DNA of 64,000 nucleotides from an uncultured Gammaproteobacteria bacterium (lineage in GTDB: Bacteria > Pseudomonadota > Gammaproteobacteria > CAKMZV01), in NCBI GenBank assembly GCA_929200535.1, contig CAKMZV010000004.1, forward strand, positions 40,654 to 104,653, written 5' to 3'. The position numbers and the translations under genes were made by a program. The notes beneath the pieces are model-generated. The model had not been told where the DNA came from and ran no database searches. It was given only the letters and a program-made list of their open reading frames with translations. Within the stretch, counting starts at the first letter, position 1. Every line of letters begins with the position of its first letter. Below, piece by piece: positions 40,234-49,616 of the stretch.

Positions 40234-43066
40234 TGCAGATATTCGTCGTATTATAGCAAAAGAATTGACTATATTCTTTTCCTCGCCGATGGCATATATA
40301 TTTTTGGCAGCTTTTGCTGCTATCACTCTTTTTGTTTTTTTCTGGGTAGAATCATTTTTTTCTCGCAATATTTCTGATGTTCGTCCGTTATTTGAATGGA
40401 TGCCCATTCTTCTTATTTTCTTAAGTGCAACATTGACGATGCGTTTATGGAGTGAGGAAAAACGTATTGGAACAGTAGAGCATGTACTGACTCAACCAGT
40501 CGGCATTTGGAGTTTTGTAATCGGTAAGTTTATTGCCTGTGTTGTGCTGTTATTGATTGCCTTGTTAATTTCTCTTCCGATTCCTATTTCGGTTGCATTT
40601 ATTGGAGATTTAGATTGGGGTCCTGTGTGGAGTGGCTATCTTGCGACCTTTTTACTTGGATCTGCTTATATTAGCATTGGCTTGTTTGTGTCTGCACGTA
40701 GCGATAATCAAATTGTTAGTTTAATTTCAAGCGTGTTGGTATGTGGGGCGTTTTATCTTATTGGCTCATCTGTAATTACTGGATTATTTGATAGTATTAT
40801 TGGAGAGGTGCTACGCTCTATCGGCACTGGTTCTCGCTTTGATTCAATTACTCGTGGCATTATTGACATACGAGATTTTTATTATTACATCAGTTTAATC
40901 GGTGTTGGTTTGGCTCTTAACGTTTACGTTTTAGAAAAATCACGTTGGTCGAAAAAAACGAACGCAGATAAGCATCGTTCTTGGCACATAGCAACGGTAT
41001 TGATTGTGGTCAATATTTTATTTGCCAATGTTTGGCTTTCACAAGTTAATCAGTTGCGTTATGATACGACTGAAGGAAAAATTTACTCTATTTCAAAGTC
41101 CACTTCAAATGTGCTAAGACAGTTACAAGAGCCGTTACTTATTCGTGGCTATTTTAGTGCACAAACGCACCCCTTATTAGCGCCATTAGTACCACAAATA
41201 TTGGATTTGGTAAGAGAGTATGAGGTGGCAGGTAAAGGCTTGGTTAAAGTTGAAATTGTTGATCCAGCGGATGATCCAGCTTTAGAGGATGAGGCTAATA
41301 ATAAATATAGCATTCGCCCAACACCTTTTCAGGTGGCTGATCGTTACCAAACTTCTGTGGTCAACTCCTATTTTGATATTTTGTTGCAATACGGCAATGA
41401 ATTTAAAAATCTCAGCTTTAGAGATCTTATTGAAGTTCGTCAGAAAAAAGAAACAGAAATAGACGTTTTATTAAGAAATCCTGAATACGATTTAACCAAT
41501 GCTATTAACAAAATTCTTCAAGCATACCAATCTGCGGGAAGCATTTTTGATCGTACCAAAGGATTGAAGTTTATGGCATATATTTCAGAAGATGATAAAT
41601 TGCCAGACGAGCTCAAGAAATTTAAAGGCACAGTTTTAGAGCAAATACAAGCTTTAGAGCAAGAATCAAACGGGAAATTAACTTCTGAGGTGATTGCTCC
41701 AGAGACCAATGGCGGTGCTGTTGCCGAACAAATTGCTCGTGATTATGGTTTTAAACCAATGGTAGTGAGCCTTGCAGATACGCGCCAGTTCTTCTTTTAT
41801 ATGTTATTGATTGAAGGGAGCAAGGCTGTTGTGGTTCCAATCGGCGACTTACAGGCTGGAAGTTTTGAAAAAGGAATGCGTTCGGCTATTAAAAGATTGT
41901 CTTCTGGTTATACACGAACAGTTGGATTATATGCCCAACCTCCAGCTCTTATTCCTAACCAGTCCCCACTCAATACACCACGTAGTGATTATCAAATTGT
42001 GTCAGAAGCTCTTAGAACAGATTTAAATGTGACAGATGTTGATTTGAACCAAGGTGCTATTGGCTCTGAAGTGGATTTATTAGTCTTGCTTGGGGCGAAT
42101 GAATTATCAGAAAAACAATTATTTGCTGTGGATCAATATTTAATGCGTGGAGGTACTATTATTGCCTCCGCCTCTCCTTATACGGCATCACTCTCAAATC
42201 GCTCTATTTCTATGAAAAGAAATAAAGGGAACTTTATTCAATGGATAGAAAAATTAGGATTAACCTTTGACGAGGGTATTGTGATGGATGAGCGTAGTGC
42301 GCCCTTTCCAATTCCTGTGGTTAGGAAAGTAGGGGGCTTTGAATTTCAACAAATTAAGTTATTACAATACCCTTATTTCAGTGAAATTCGTGAAGATGGA
42401 CTAAACTCAGCTGATAATATCACCAATTCTTTAAAAAAAGTGGTGATGGCATGGGCAAGCCCGGTTATGATTGACGAGCAATCGACCACTCATCAGGTAG
42501 TATCACTATTAAAAAGCTCTCAACGTGCTTGGCTATCTAATAATACTAACGTTGTTCCCAAACTTAAGCAGGATGGTACAAGTGGTTTTGAACAACCCAC
42601 ACAAGTCCAGCAATACCATTTGGGAGCAAGCATAAAAGGGCGTTTTGATTCTTGGTTTGCTGGAAAAGCATCGCCTTTATCTGCAGGTTCAACGGACGGT
42701 CTATCATTTAACAATGTTATTGAGCGTTCTCCAGAATCGGCTAAAATAGTATTATTTTCTTCAAGCGAGTTTCTTAAAGATCGCGTGATGCAACTCATTG
42801 GTTCAGCGAATCGCACAGACTTTAAAGAAAACATTACATTGCTTAAAAATGCAGTCGATGTATCGTTAGAAAGTGAGGGCTTACAAGATATTCGTGCACG
42901 TAGCAACTTCAATCGTACCTTGCCACGGACAGAAGTATCAGAGCAACAAATAGTAGAATATGGAAATTACATAGTTGCGTTACTATTATTAACATTAATT
43001 GGAATAGGACGAAAAATTGCCTACAGGCGTCGTCTTAAAGCGTATATTGTCGCTACTAAAGCATAG
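40223..43066 (+). CDS. ABC-2 permease fused to GldG-like auxiliary domain (947 aa)
   Basis: N-terminal about 250 aa with 6 TM (ABC-2/GldF-like). Large extracytoplasmic domain. C-terminal TM anchor. Overlaps the ATPase stop. Confidence 0.6.
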   Translation: MLLSADIRRIIAKELTIFFSSPMAYIFLAAFAAITLFVFFWVESFFSRNISDVRPLFEWMPILLIFLSATLTMRLWSEEKRIGTVEHVLTQPVGIWSFVIGKFIACVVLLLIALLISLPIPISVAFIGDLDWGPVWSGYLATFLLGSAYISIGLFVSARSDNQIVSLISSVLVCGAFYLIGSSVITGLFDSIIGEVLRSIGTGSRFDSITRGIIDIRDFYYYISLIGVGLALNVYVLEKSRWSKKTNADKHRSWHIATVLIVVNILFANVWLSQVNQLRYDTTEGKIYSISKSTSNVLRQLQEPLLIRGYFSAQTHPLLAPLVPQILDLVREYEVAGKGLVKVEIVDPADDPALEDEANNKYSIRPTPFQVADRYQTSVVNSYFDILLQYGNEFKNLSFRDLIEVRQKKETEIDVLLRNPEYDLTNAINKILQAYQSAGSIFDRTKGLKFMAYISEDDKLPDELKKFKGTVLEQIQALEQESNGKLTSEVIAPETNGGAVAEQIARDYGFKPMVVSLADTRQFFFYMLLIEGSKAVVVPIGDLQAGSFEKGMRSAIKRLSSGYTRTVGLYAQPPALIPNQSPLNTPRSDYQIVSEALRTDLNVTDVDLNQGAIGSEVDLLVLLGANELSEKQLFAVDQYLMRGGTIIASASPYTASLSNRSISMKRNKGNFIQWIEKLGLTFDEGIVMDERSAPFPIPVVRKVGGFEFQQIKLLQYPYFSEIREDGLNSADNITNSLKKVVMAWASPVMIDEQSTTHQVVSLLKSSQRAWLSNNTNVVPKLKQDGTSGFEQPTQVQQYHLGASIKGRFDSWFAGKASPLSAGSTDGLSFNNVIERSPESAKIVLFSSSEFLKDRVMQLIGSANRTDFKENITLLKNAVDVSLESEGLQDIRARSNFNRTLPRTEVSEQQIVEYGNYIVALLLLTLIGIGRKIAYRRRLKAYIVATKA

Positions 43067-43081
43067 GAGGTAAAAAATATA

Positions 43082-44008
43082 ATGAATAAGAAAAATCTAA
43101 TTTTATGGGTCGTTTTAGGACTACAAGTTGTATTAGCTAGTGTTTTTGTATTTCAAGAATCAGGATTATCAAAAAAAGATAAAGGAGGTTTTGTATTTGC
43201 TAATAATGCAGATGCGACTCTTGCTGATGAGATAACAATTGTTTCATTAGATCAAAAAGATAAACCACTCACTCTGAAAAAAGAGGGTAACCAGTGGAAT
43301 ATTAGCGAGCTTATCAAAGCTAGTAATTCTAAGGTGACTGAAGCTTTAAATAAAATACGCGACATCAAACCCTCTTGGGCAGTGGCAACAACAAAAGAAA
43401 GTCATAAACGCTTTGAAGTTTCCAAAGAGAAATTTCAACGCCAAATTACTTTGGCTATTGATGGAGAAAAATATACATTCTTTCTTGGAACTTCGCCAGG
43501 CTATCGACAAGCTCATGCACGTATGGCTGGTTCTGATAACGTTTATGCTGTGCAACTTAATGTTTTTGAGTTTTCCACCGCTCAAGATGATTGGTTGGAT
43601 ACAGAGCAGCTACAGATAAAAGAAGAAATAACCTCAATTCAAGTAACTGACTATGAATTTACATTAACCGATGGTAAGTGGACAGTAAATGATTTAAGGG
43701 GTTCAAATTCATCTCAAAATCAAGAGACGCCTTCGACTACCAGCACACAAACAAAGCAAGTTGTGGCTGAACGAGCTAATGATATAGCTGATGCATTAAA
43801 AAATTTACAATTGATTAGCGTTAGTGAACGCACAAACATTGATAAGCCAAGCGAGAAACTGGTTATAAAAACCAAAAAATCAGAAATTGTTTTGTTGCTT
43901 TTAGCGACTGATGAAGGATATAAGCAGATTCAACGAAAAGGCGATTCTATAGTGTATGGCGTGACTCAAGATACTTACAATAGCCTCTTGCCTGTACCAA
44001 AAAAATAA
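43082..44008 (+). CDS. DUF4340-like protein (GldG-associated)
   Basis: N-terminal TM/signal, about 300 aa, immediately downstream of the GldG-like gene. This neighbourhood is typical for DUF4340. Confidence 0.45.
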   Translation: MNKKNLILWVVLGLQVVLASVFVFQESGLSKKDKGGFVFANNADATLADEITIVSLDQKDKPLTLKKEGNQWNISELIKASNSKVTEALNKIRDIKPSWAVATTKESHKRFEVSKEKFQRQITLAIDGEKYTFFLGTSPGYRQAHARMAGSDNVYAVQLNVFEFSTAQDDWLDTEQLQIKEEITSIQVTDYEFTLTDGKWTVNDLRGSNSSQNQETPSTTSTQTKQVVAERANDIADALKNLQLISVSERTNIDKPSEKLVIKTKKSEIVLLLLATDEGYKQIQRKGDSIVYGVTQDTYNSLLPVPKK

Positions 44009-44135
44009 CCTTTTTTGTTATAACACATATATTATTTTCGTCGTTGCGAGGGAGTAGGGTTGCCACGTTTTTCTCGTACTAACGTGATATTTTCAGAGTT
44101 CTTTTATTTGCTTCCAGAATCGTGGGAACAATCTG

Positions 44136-44431
44136 AAACCTTTGCACAAAAGATATGATAAGTAAAAAAGTAAAAAATCGCCCTGATTTTTATTCGCAAG
44201 CGCTTCAAACGCTGTTACTCTAAGGTTCGTAAACTCACCAAGAGTAAAAACGCTTTTTGTGTTGTGAAACTTGCGAAGACGGACGTATTAGCTTCATTTC
44301 ACGCCTCAATCAGAATAATTTTTTATCTTTTTTCTTTTACCTGCAAGCAGTTCAAACACTGTTACTCTAAGGCTCGCAAGCTCGCCAAGAGTAAAAACGT
44401 TTTTTGTGCCATACTTTTATGCAAAGGTCTC
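44136..44431. mobile_element. composite MITE-like repeat, copy H (left arm + module 2 + module 1 + module 2 + right arm)
   Basis: About 296 bp. Begins (GA)AACCTTTGCACAAAAGATATGATAAG and ends CATACTTTTATGCAAAGGTCTC. Carries two copies of the GTTACTCT/AGAGTAAC module flanking one GTGAAAC/GTTTCAC module. Confidence 0.8.
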
Positions 44432-44537
44432 AATCTGTGAAATAAATATTATTTTTTCGGTGGTTTTCGTCTTATCTTATAACAATATTAAAAGCCATTT
44501 TTCCTAAATTGTTTAACAAATATTATTTTTTACCATT

Positions 44538-45656
44538 ATGCACACATTTCAATTATTTTTTCGTATTATCTCGATTGTCAGAGTAACGGTCATTTTTACT
44601 CTATCATTTTTAGTGATAAGCTGTGGGAGTTCATCAAGTTCTGGGTCTGGGGAAACAACAACCCTTATGCCTTCAGTGGGTTATTGGAATGGAAAAGCGA
44701 CTATAAACTTTTCAGAAAATAAAGATATTCATGCGGGCGTTTTTAAGAGTGAAGGGGAATATTATTTGGCTATAATGGATGAGGCATCAACGATCAGAAG
44801 TTCTTTGAGTTTGTTGAATTTGAGAGGTAGTGAATTGTCGAGTTCAGCTTGTAGTTCACAGTCGGAAGATATGGCCTCTTGTTCAGTCAAAACAGCCCTT
44901 GCTTCCAGCAATAATATGATTGGCACCTATACATACACCCTGATAGGAGGCACCCAAAAGATTGTTCAACTGAATATCAGCAAGAAAAATGACACGGTAA
45001 ATAATATGTCCTTGCCAGTGCAAAAAAGCGTTTTTGTTGATGTTCAGAATGAAACGACGATGAGTATTACTAAGGATAGTAGCTTTAGTATTACCTTTGG
45101 TGGAGAAATCTTTGAGAGTACAGCAATAAAAATTTCTGATAATATTTTGCAGATTACTGAGGCTAAGGTTGACTCAAACTCTTCCACAGAAGTTGATTTT
45201 TTTATGGCATCATTGGATCATTTAAGTGGGGATAGCTCTAAGCTAATTTTTATTAGCTTGTTTAATATAGGGAATTTATCAAAACATGGGGAGGCTGCAG
45301 GATGGGACTTTAATATTGCAACCAATACGATTGTTGCCGCTTACAATGCAGGAAAAAAATGGTATGAAGATGGAATAGTTTCTGTTGCTGGTTCAAGAAA
45401 TTGCTCTAGTTGCCATGGTATTACTGGGGGTGGTGGTAGCGGCCCTGCTCTTAAAGGTAATTCAAAAGCTCAATCAGATCTTGCTATAAATGCTATTTTA
45501 ACTGGTCCAGGTTCAATGGCAGCATTTAGCAACCAATCAAATAAGGTTATTTCAGAGCTTGCAACGTATTTGCGTCATGCGTGGGGAAACTCACCTACTG
45601 CTGCTACAAATTATGTTGCTACTGAGTCTGAGGTTCAAGATAAAAGAGCACCGTAG
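44538..45656 (+). CDS. lipoprotein with C-terminal class I cytochrome c domain
   Basis: Lipobox (LVISCGSSSSSG). Ser-rich N-terminal domain of unknown type. C-terminal CSSCHG heme-binding motif with downstream Met (PGSMAAFS). Confidence 0.55.
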   Translation: MHTFQLFFRIISIVRVTVIFTLSFLVISCGSSSSSGSGETTTLMPSVGYWNGKATINFSENKDIHAGVFKSEGEYYLAIMDEASTIRSSLSLLNLRGSELSSSACSSQSEDMASCSVKTALASSNNMIGTYTYTLIGGTQKIVQLNISKKNDTVNNMSLPVQKSVFVDVQNETTMSITKDSSFSITFGGEIFESTAIKISDNILQITEAKVDSNSSTEVDFFMASLDHLSGDSSKLIFISLFNIGNLSKHGEAAGWDFNIATNTIVAAYNAGKKWYEDGIVSVAGSRNCSSCHGITGGGGSGPALKGNSKAQSDLAINAILTGPGSMAAFSNQSNKVISELATYLRHAWGNSPTAATNYVATESEVQDKRAP

Positions 45657-45700
45657 CCATAGTTCGGTTTAATTTTTAGTATAAAGGGGGATTTATTTTT

Positions 45701-45847
45701 ATGAAAAAATATTTTTTATCTTTTATGCTCGCTTTTACGACCTTCGTATTAGCTTCTTGTGGTGGTTATGAGAAAAAAACTGAAGCAACCAAAAACGAAA
45801 TCGAAGAAAAAAAGAAAAGCCAAGATAGTAGTTTAGGCGGTTATTAA
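45701..45847 (+). CDS. small lipoprotein (48 aa), not in the supplied ORF track
   Basis: AAAGGGGGA Shine-Dalgarno 7 bp upstream of the ATG. MKKYFLSFMLAFTTFVLASCGG lipoprotein signal. Lys/Glu-rich tail. Confidence 0.45.
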   Translation: MKKYFLSFMLAFTTFVLASCGGYEKKTEATKNEIEEKKKSQDSSLGGY

Positions 45848-45916
45848 ATCTGCGATTTTATCGATGGTATATCTCTACCACCGTAAGGTAATGCGAGATG
45901 CATTGCAATATTCATT

Positions 45917-47629
45917 TTATCCGCTTAGGTATTTGATAAGTGGAAATAAAGTTTGCGGAGTAAGTGCTTGCTCAGTAGTGAACTTAACTTGTTTTTGAAA
46001 TGTTGGTGGGAGCTCCTCATTTAAGCCAACTCCAATAATATCAATAGGGGATTTTTGTAGGATAGACAACACAGAATTTAGGTGATCCGATAAAAAGGTG
46101 GGGCGATTGCGAAGCATTGTTTCGCTATCCATTGGATGTCCATCAGATAGCACAAGAAGGGCGTTTTTATGTGCATTATTTGCCTGAATTTTTTTTTGTA
46201 TGCGTGAACTTGCCCATAAAATAGCCTCTCCATCAATCCCTTCTTTAAAAAGATCAGCCTTGAGTAAGCCCATTAAATTTAACTGCGTTTGTCGCCAACT
46301 ATGGTGATGTTCTTTGAAAATAATATGGCTGATTTCATTAAGCCTGCCGGGTTCTTCAGGGGTGCCTTGTTGTTGCCATTTTTTGGTGGCTCTGCCACCG
46401 TTCCAAGTGCCAGTGGTGAAACCGAGTATTTCAGTTTTGATATTGGCTTTTTCAGCACAAGGAATAAGCAGGCTTATCCAATCAAGAATCCAAGGTATGT
46501 GCGTTTTCATTGAACCAGAGCAGTCAATAAGGAGGGTGAGTTGTCCCTGAGAATGTGGGCTAAGCTGATAGTCGAAGAATGATTTTTCTTGTTGGTTAGA
46601 AAGCACAATGGGGACTAATTTTGTCGCATCAATATAACCAGCAGGATGATGTTGGTGTAGCTGATTTTGCGGGCTTAAGAAGGCTTGTGATAGTTGTTTG
46701 GTTAACCAATTGGGGTTTGTGTTAATGCGGGTTGATTTTTGCTGTCGTTGTTCTTGTTGGAGTTTGAGAAGCAATTTATGACGTACTAATTGATTGATAG
46801 GGGTGATCGTGTCAAACTCTGTGGTGAAAATAGGGTACTCTATGCTTTTGAGGGTAGGGGTGTTTTTAGCGTTGGTATGAGTATATTCTATGGTGTCATT
46901 ATAAAGTTGGCGTTCTTGTTCGGTGCTAAAGGCTAACCAGCGGTTAATATCTTGTTGTTTGGCACTTTTATTTCTGTTATCGCTATCTTCAAAAGCATTT
47001 TCTTTTTGTATTAGTACCGTTAATATATCGATTAACTCTCGGCTGATTTGGGCGTAATTTTCTTGGGTTTTGCAATTTTTTTTCATTTCGGCAATAGGCT
47101 TGCCAATTAACGGAGAAATTCCTGCACGAGTTTCTTCTAATACACCCTCAACCAACTCAACAATCGTTTGATTATTAATTCTTGCCCATACCATTTGTCC
47201 AACAGTGAAAATCAGCAACATAAGTTGTTGCTCTAAAAGTCCACTATGAAAAAAATGATAAGTCCATTGTTGAAATCGAATAAGAAGATTGTATTTGCTT
47301 CCCTTCATACTTTCGGGGCAGATGGATTCTACACGCAGTTGCTCAAACCATTCAAAAAATAGTTTTTCAAGGTTGTTTGTTGGGCAATATTTCTGATAAA
47401 GAAGCGGGCAAGAATACATATTACGCAAGGCAATAGCATCCATTTTTGCACGTTCAGTAGCGAGTTGCTCCTCAATATCAATAGCCGTAAATTCTTTTAA
47501 GTGTGGCGAAATTATTGGGCTATAGGGTGGTTTGTGAGTGTGATTGAAAATTAAATTTTCATAGACCGCAAGCCCCTTAATTCCGGTATAACCTCTAAGG
47601 GTGCAGCTGTGAAGATTAGCGTTAGTCAT
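45917..47629 (-). CDS. CobT-like von Willebrand factor A domain protein
   Basis: About 570 aa. VWA MIDAS motif near the C-terminus (LLIDCSGSM). Overlaps the CobS-like gene. Confidence 0.6.
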   Translation of the reverse strand: MTNANLHSCTLRGYTGIKGLAVYENLIFNHTHKPPYSPIISPHLKEFTAIDIEEQLATERAKMDAIALRNMYSCPLLYQKYCPTNNLEKLFFEWFEQLRVESICPESMKGSKYNLLIRFQQWTYHFFHSGLLEQQLMLLIFTVGQMVWARINNQTIVELVEGVLEETRAGISPLIGKPIAEMKKNCKTQENYAQISRELIDILTVLIQKENAFEDSDNRNKSAKQQDINRWLAFSTEQERQLYNDTIEYTHTNAKNTPTLKSIEYPIFTTEFDTITPINQLVRHKLLLKLQQEQRQQKSTRINTNPNWLTKQLSQAFLSPQNQLHQHHPAGYIDATKLVPIVLSNQQEKSFFDYQLSPHSQGQLTLLIDCSGSMKTHIPWILDWISLLIPCAEKANIKTEILGFTTGTWNGGRATKKWQQQGTPEEPGRLNEISHIIFKEHHHSWRQTQLNLMGLLKADLFKEGIDGEAILWASSRIQKKIQANNAHKNALLVLSDGHPMDSETMLRNRPTFLSDHLNSVLSILQKSPIDIIGVGLNEELPPTFQKQVKFTTEQALTPQTLFPLIKYLSG

Positions 47630-48572
47630 TGCTCAACTCTATATTGAAAATGCGCTGAAAATATTCTGCGATAATTGGGCGTTCTGAATCATCAACGCGG
47701 TTATGAAAAGAAAGTTTAAAGGAGGTGCTTATATCGTTAAAAATACTGTAGTTATATGCCCAGTTAATGACTGTGCGAGGGGACATTAGGGTTGTTAAAT
47801 CACGAGTTCGCATTCCATTTCGTGTCATATTTGCCAGTTCAATCATTTGTTGGAGTGTTTTTTGATGCTCAGTTTCTTGCATCATTGGTACTTTACTACT
47901 GACGATTTGGTATTCTGCCTCAGCACTTAAATAATTAAGTTGAACAATAACATTCCAGCGATCTAATTGAGCATGATTTAACAAGTTTGTTCCGTAATAC
48001 ATATCGTGGGAATCTCCTTGCCCAAGCGTGTTAGCCGTGGCAAAAATTCGGAAATAGGGGTGTGGTTCAATCACTTCATTGCGATCAAGAAGCATAAATC
48101 TTCCTTCCTCTTCAAGCAAATGCTGGATGATAAACAAGACTTCGGGGCGCCCAGCATCATATTCATCAATAATTAATGCCATAGGTTGCTGCATTGCCCA
48201 AGGGATGATACCTTGTTGAAATTCTGTAATTTGCTTGCCCTCTTTAATTTTCAGGGTATCTTTACCGACTAAATCTAAACGATTGATATTGCCATCAAGA
48301 TTGATGCGAACACACGGCCAATTAAGGCGTGCGGCGACTTGTTGAATATGCGTTGATTTGCCAGTGCCGTGCAATCCTTGAATAAGCACTCGACGGTTAT
48401 GCTCAAACCCACTGAGAATAGCTTGTGTTGTCTGTGGGTGAAAATAATAATCATTATCAATTTTAGGCACGTATGGGGTTGGATCTGCAAAAGCATTAGC
48501 CTTTAGAGGACTATTGATGTTAAATAGAGATTTTACAGACTTTTTGATGGTTGGTTGAATATTTTCTGACAT
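47622..48572 (-). CDS. CobS-like AAA+ ATPase
   Basis: Walker A GLHGTGKST and Walker B IIDEYDAGRP. Overall resemblance to aerobic cobaltochelatase CobS (AARLNWPCVRINLD). Confidence 0.65.
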   Translation of the reverse strand: MSENIQPTIKKSVKSLFNINSPLKANAFADPTPYVPKIDNDYYFHPQTTQAILSGFEHNRRVLIQGLHGTGKSTHIQQVAARLNWPCVRINLDGNINRLDLVGKDTLKIKEGKQITEFQQGIIPWAMQQPMALIIDEYDAGRPEVLFIIQHLLEEEGRFMLLDRNEVIEPHPYFRIFATANTLGQGDSHDMYYGTNLLNHAQLDRWNVIVQLNYLSAEAEYQIVSSKVPMMQETEHQKTLQQMIELANMTRNGMRTRDLTTLMSPRTVINWAYNYSIFNDISTSFKLSFHNRVDDSERPIIAEYFQRIFNIELSND

Positions 48573-48601
48573 TGAAGTGTTTATGAATTGTGGGTTATAA
48601 G

Positions 48602-49594
48602 TTATAAAGTTTGAGAGGCAGTGATAATTGCGAGATTGATAATATCATCTACTGAGCATCCTCTGGAGAGGTCATTGGCTGGTTTTTTTAATCCTTGTAA
48701 TATTGGACCGATGGCAGCGAAATCGCCGAGGCGTTGAGTGATTTTATAGCCGATATTGCCAGCACTAAGGTTGGGAAAAATAAATATATTGGCGTTGCCT
48801 TGAGTTTGCGAGTTAGAATATTTTTGAGTGCAAATTTCAGGAACAATAGCTGCATCAAATTGAATTTCGCCATCGATACATTCATCGGGCAAACGTTTTT
48901 TGAGTAGCATTGTTGCCTCACTTACCTTTTGTGCTTCGGGGTGTTGAGCACTTCCTTGGGTAGAGAAGGAAAGCATCGCAGTTCTAATTGGTTGTTGCAA
49001 TAGTTGCTTGGCATTTTTGATTGTGTCATAAGCAATGTAGCTTAGTTGCTCAGCAGTAGGCTCAACAACTAAGGCACAGTCGGCAAAGAGGTAGGTTTTG
49101 GGGTTTTGATTGGTGGTAGAAGACATAATAAAAAAACTTGAAACAATTTCACTATCAGAATGTAAGCCAATAATTTGAATTGCTTTTTTTACAACTTCTC
49201 CGGTAGTGGTAATTGCTCCATTTACTGTGCCATCAGCCAAATTATTATCAAGCATTAGATAAGCAAAAACCAATGGTTTTTTAACTTCTTGAGCGGCTTG
49301 TTGTTTGTCCATTCCTTTTAATTTGCGTTTTTCGTATAACTGCTCGGAGAACATAGGCAAGTGTGAAGAGGTGTTAGGATCGATAATTTCAATGGGCAAT
49401 TCAGCCCCTTTGGTTAAGGTTTTGATTTTTGCAGTAAGTTCTTCTGGATTGCCAAGCAAAATGGGAGTTACTAATTTATGCTGACATAAATGTACGCAAG
49501 CTTTTAATATTCTTGGGTCTTCGCTTTCGGAAAAGATAATTTTTTTTTGTGATTGCGTTTGTATTTTTTTTATTATTTCTTCAATGAGTTGCAT
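48602..49594 (-). CDS. pta: phosphate acetyltransferase (short form)
   Basis: About 330 aa phosphotransacetylase fold, with a SRGCS-type motif near the C-terminus (PANDLSRGCSVDDII). Confidence 0.7.
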   Translation of the reverse strand: MQLIEEIIKKIQTQSQKKIIFSESEDPRILKACVHLCQHKLVTPILLGNPEELTAKIKTLTKGAELPIEIIDPNTSSHLPMFSEQLYEKRKLKGMDKQQAAQEVKKPLVFAYLMLDNNLADGTVNGAITTTGEVVKKAIQIIGLHSDSEIVSSFFIMSSTTNQNPKTYLFADCALVVEPTAEQLSYIAYDTIKNAKQLLQQPIRTAMLSFSTQGSAQHPEAQKVSEATMLLKKRLPDECIDGEIQFDAAIVPEICTQKYSNSQTQGNANIFIFPNLSAGNIGYKITQRLGDFAAIGPILQGLKKPANDLSRGCSVDDIINLAIITASQTL

Positions 49595-49616
49595 CTATAG
49601 GTAGTTTTCAATTCAG

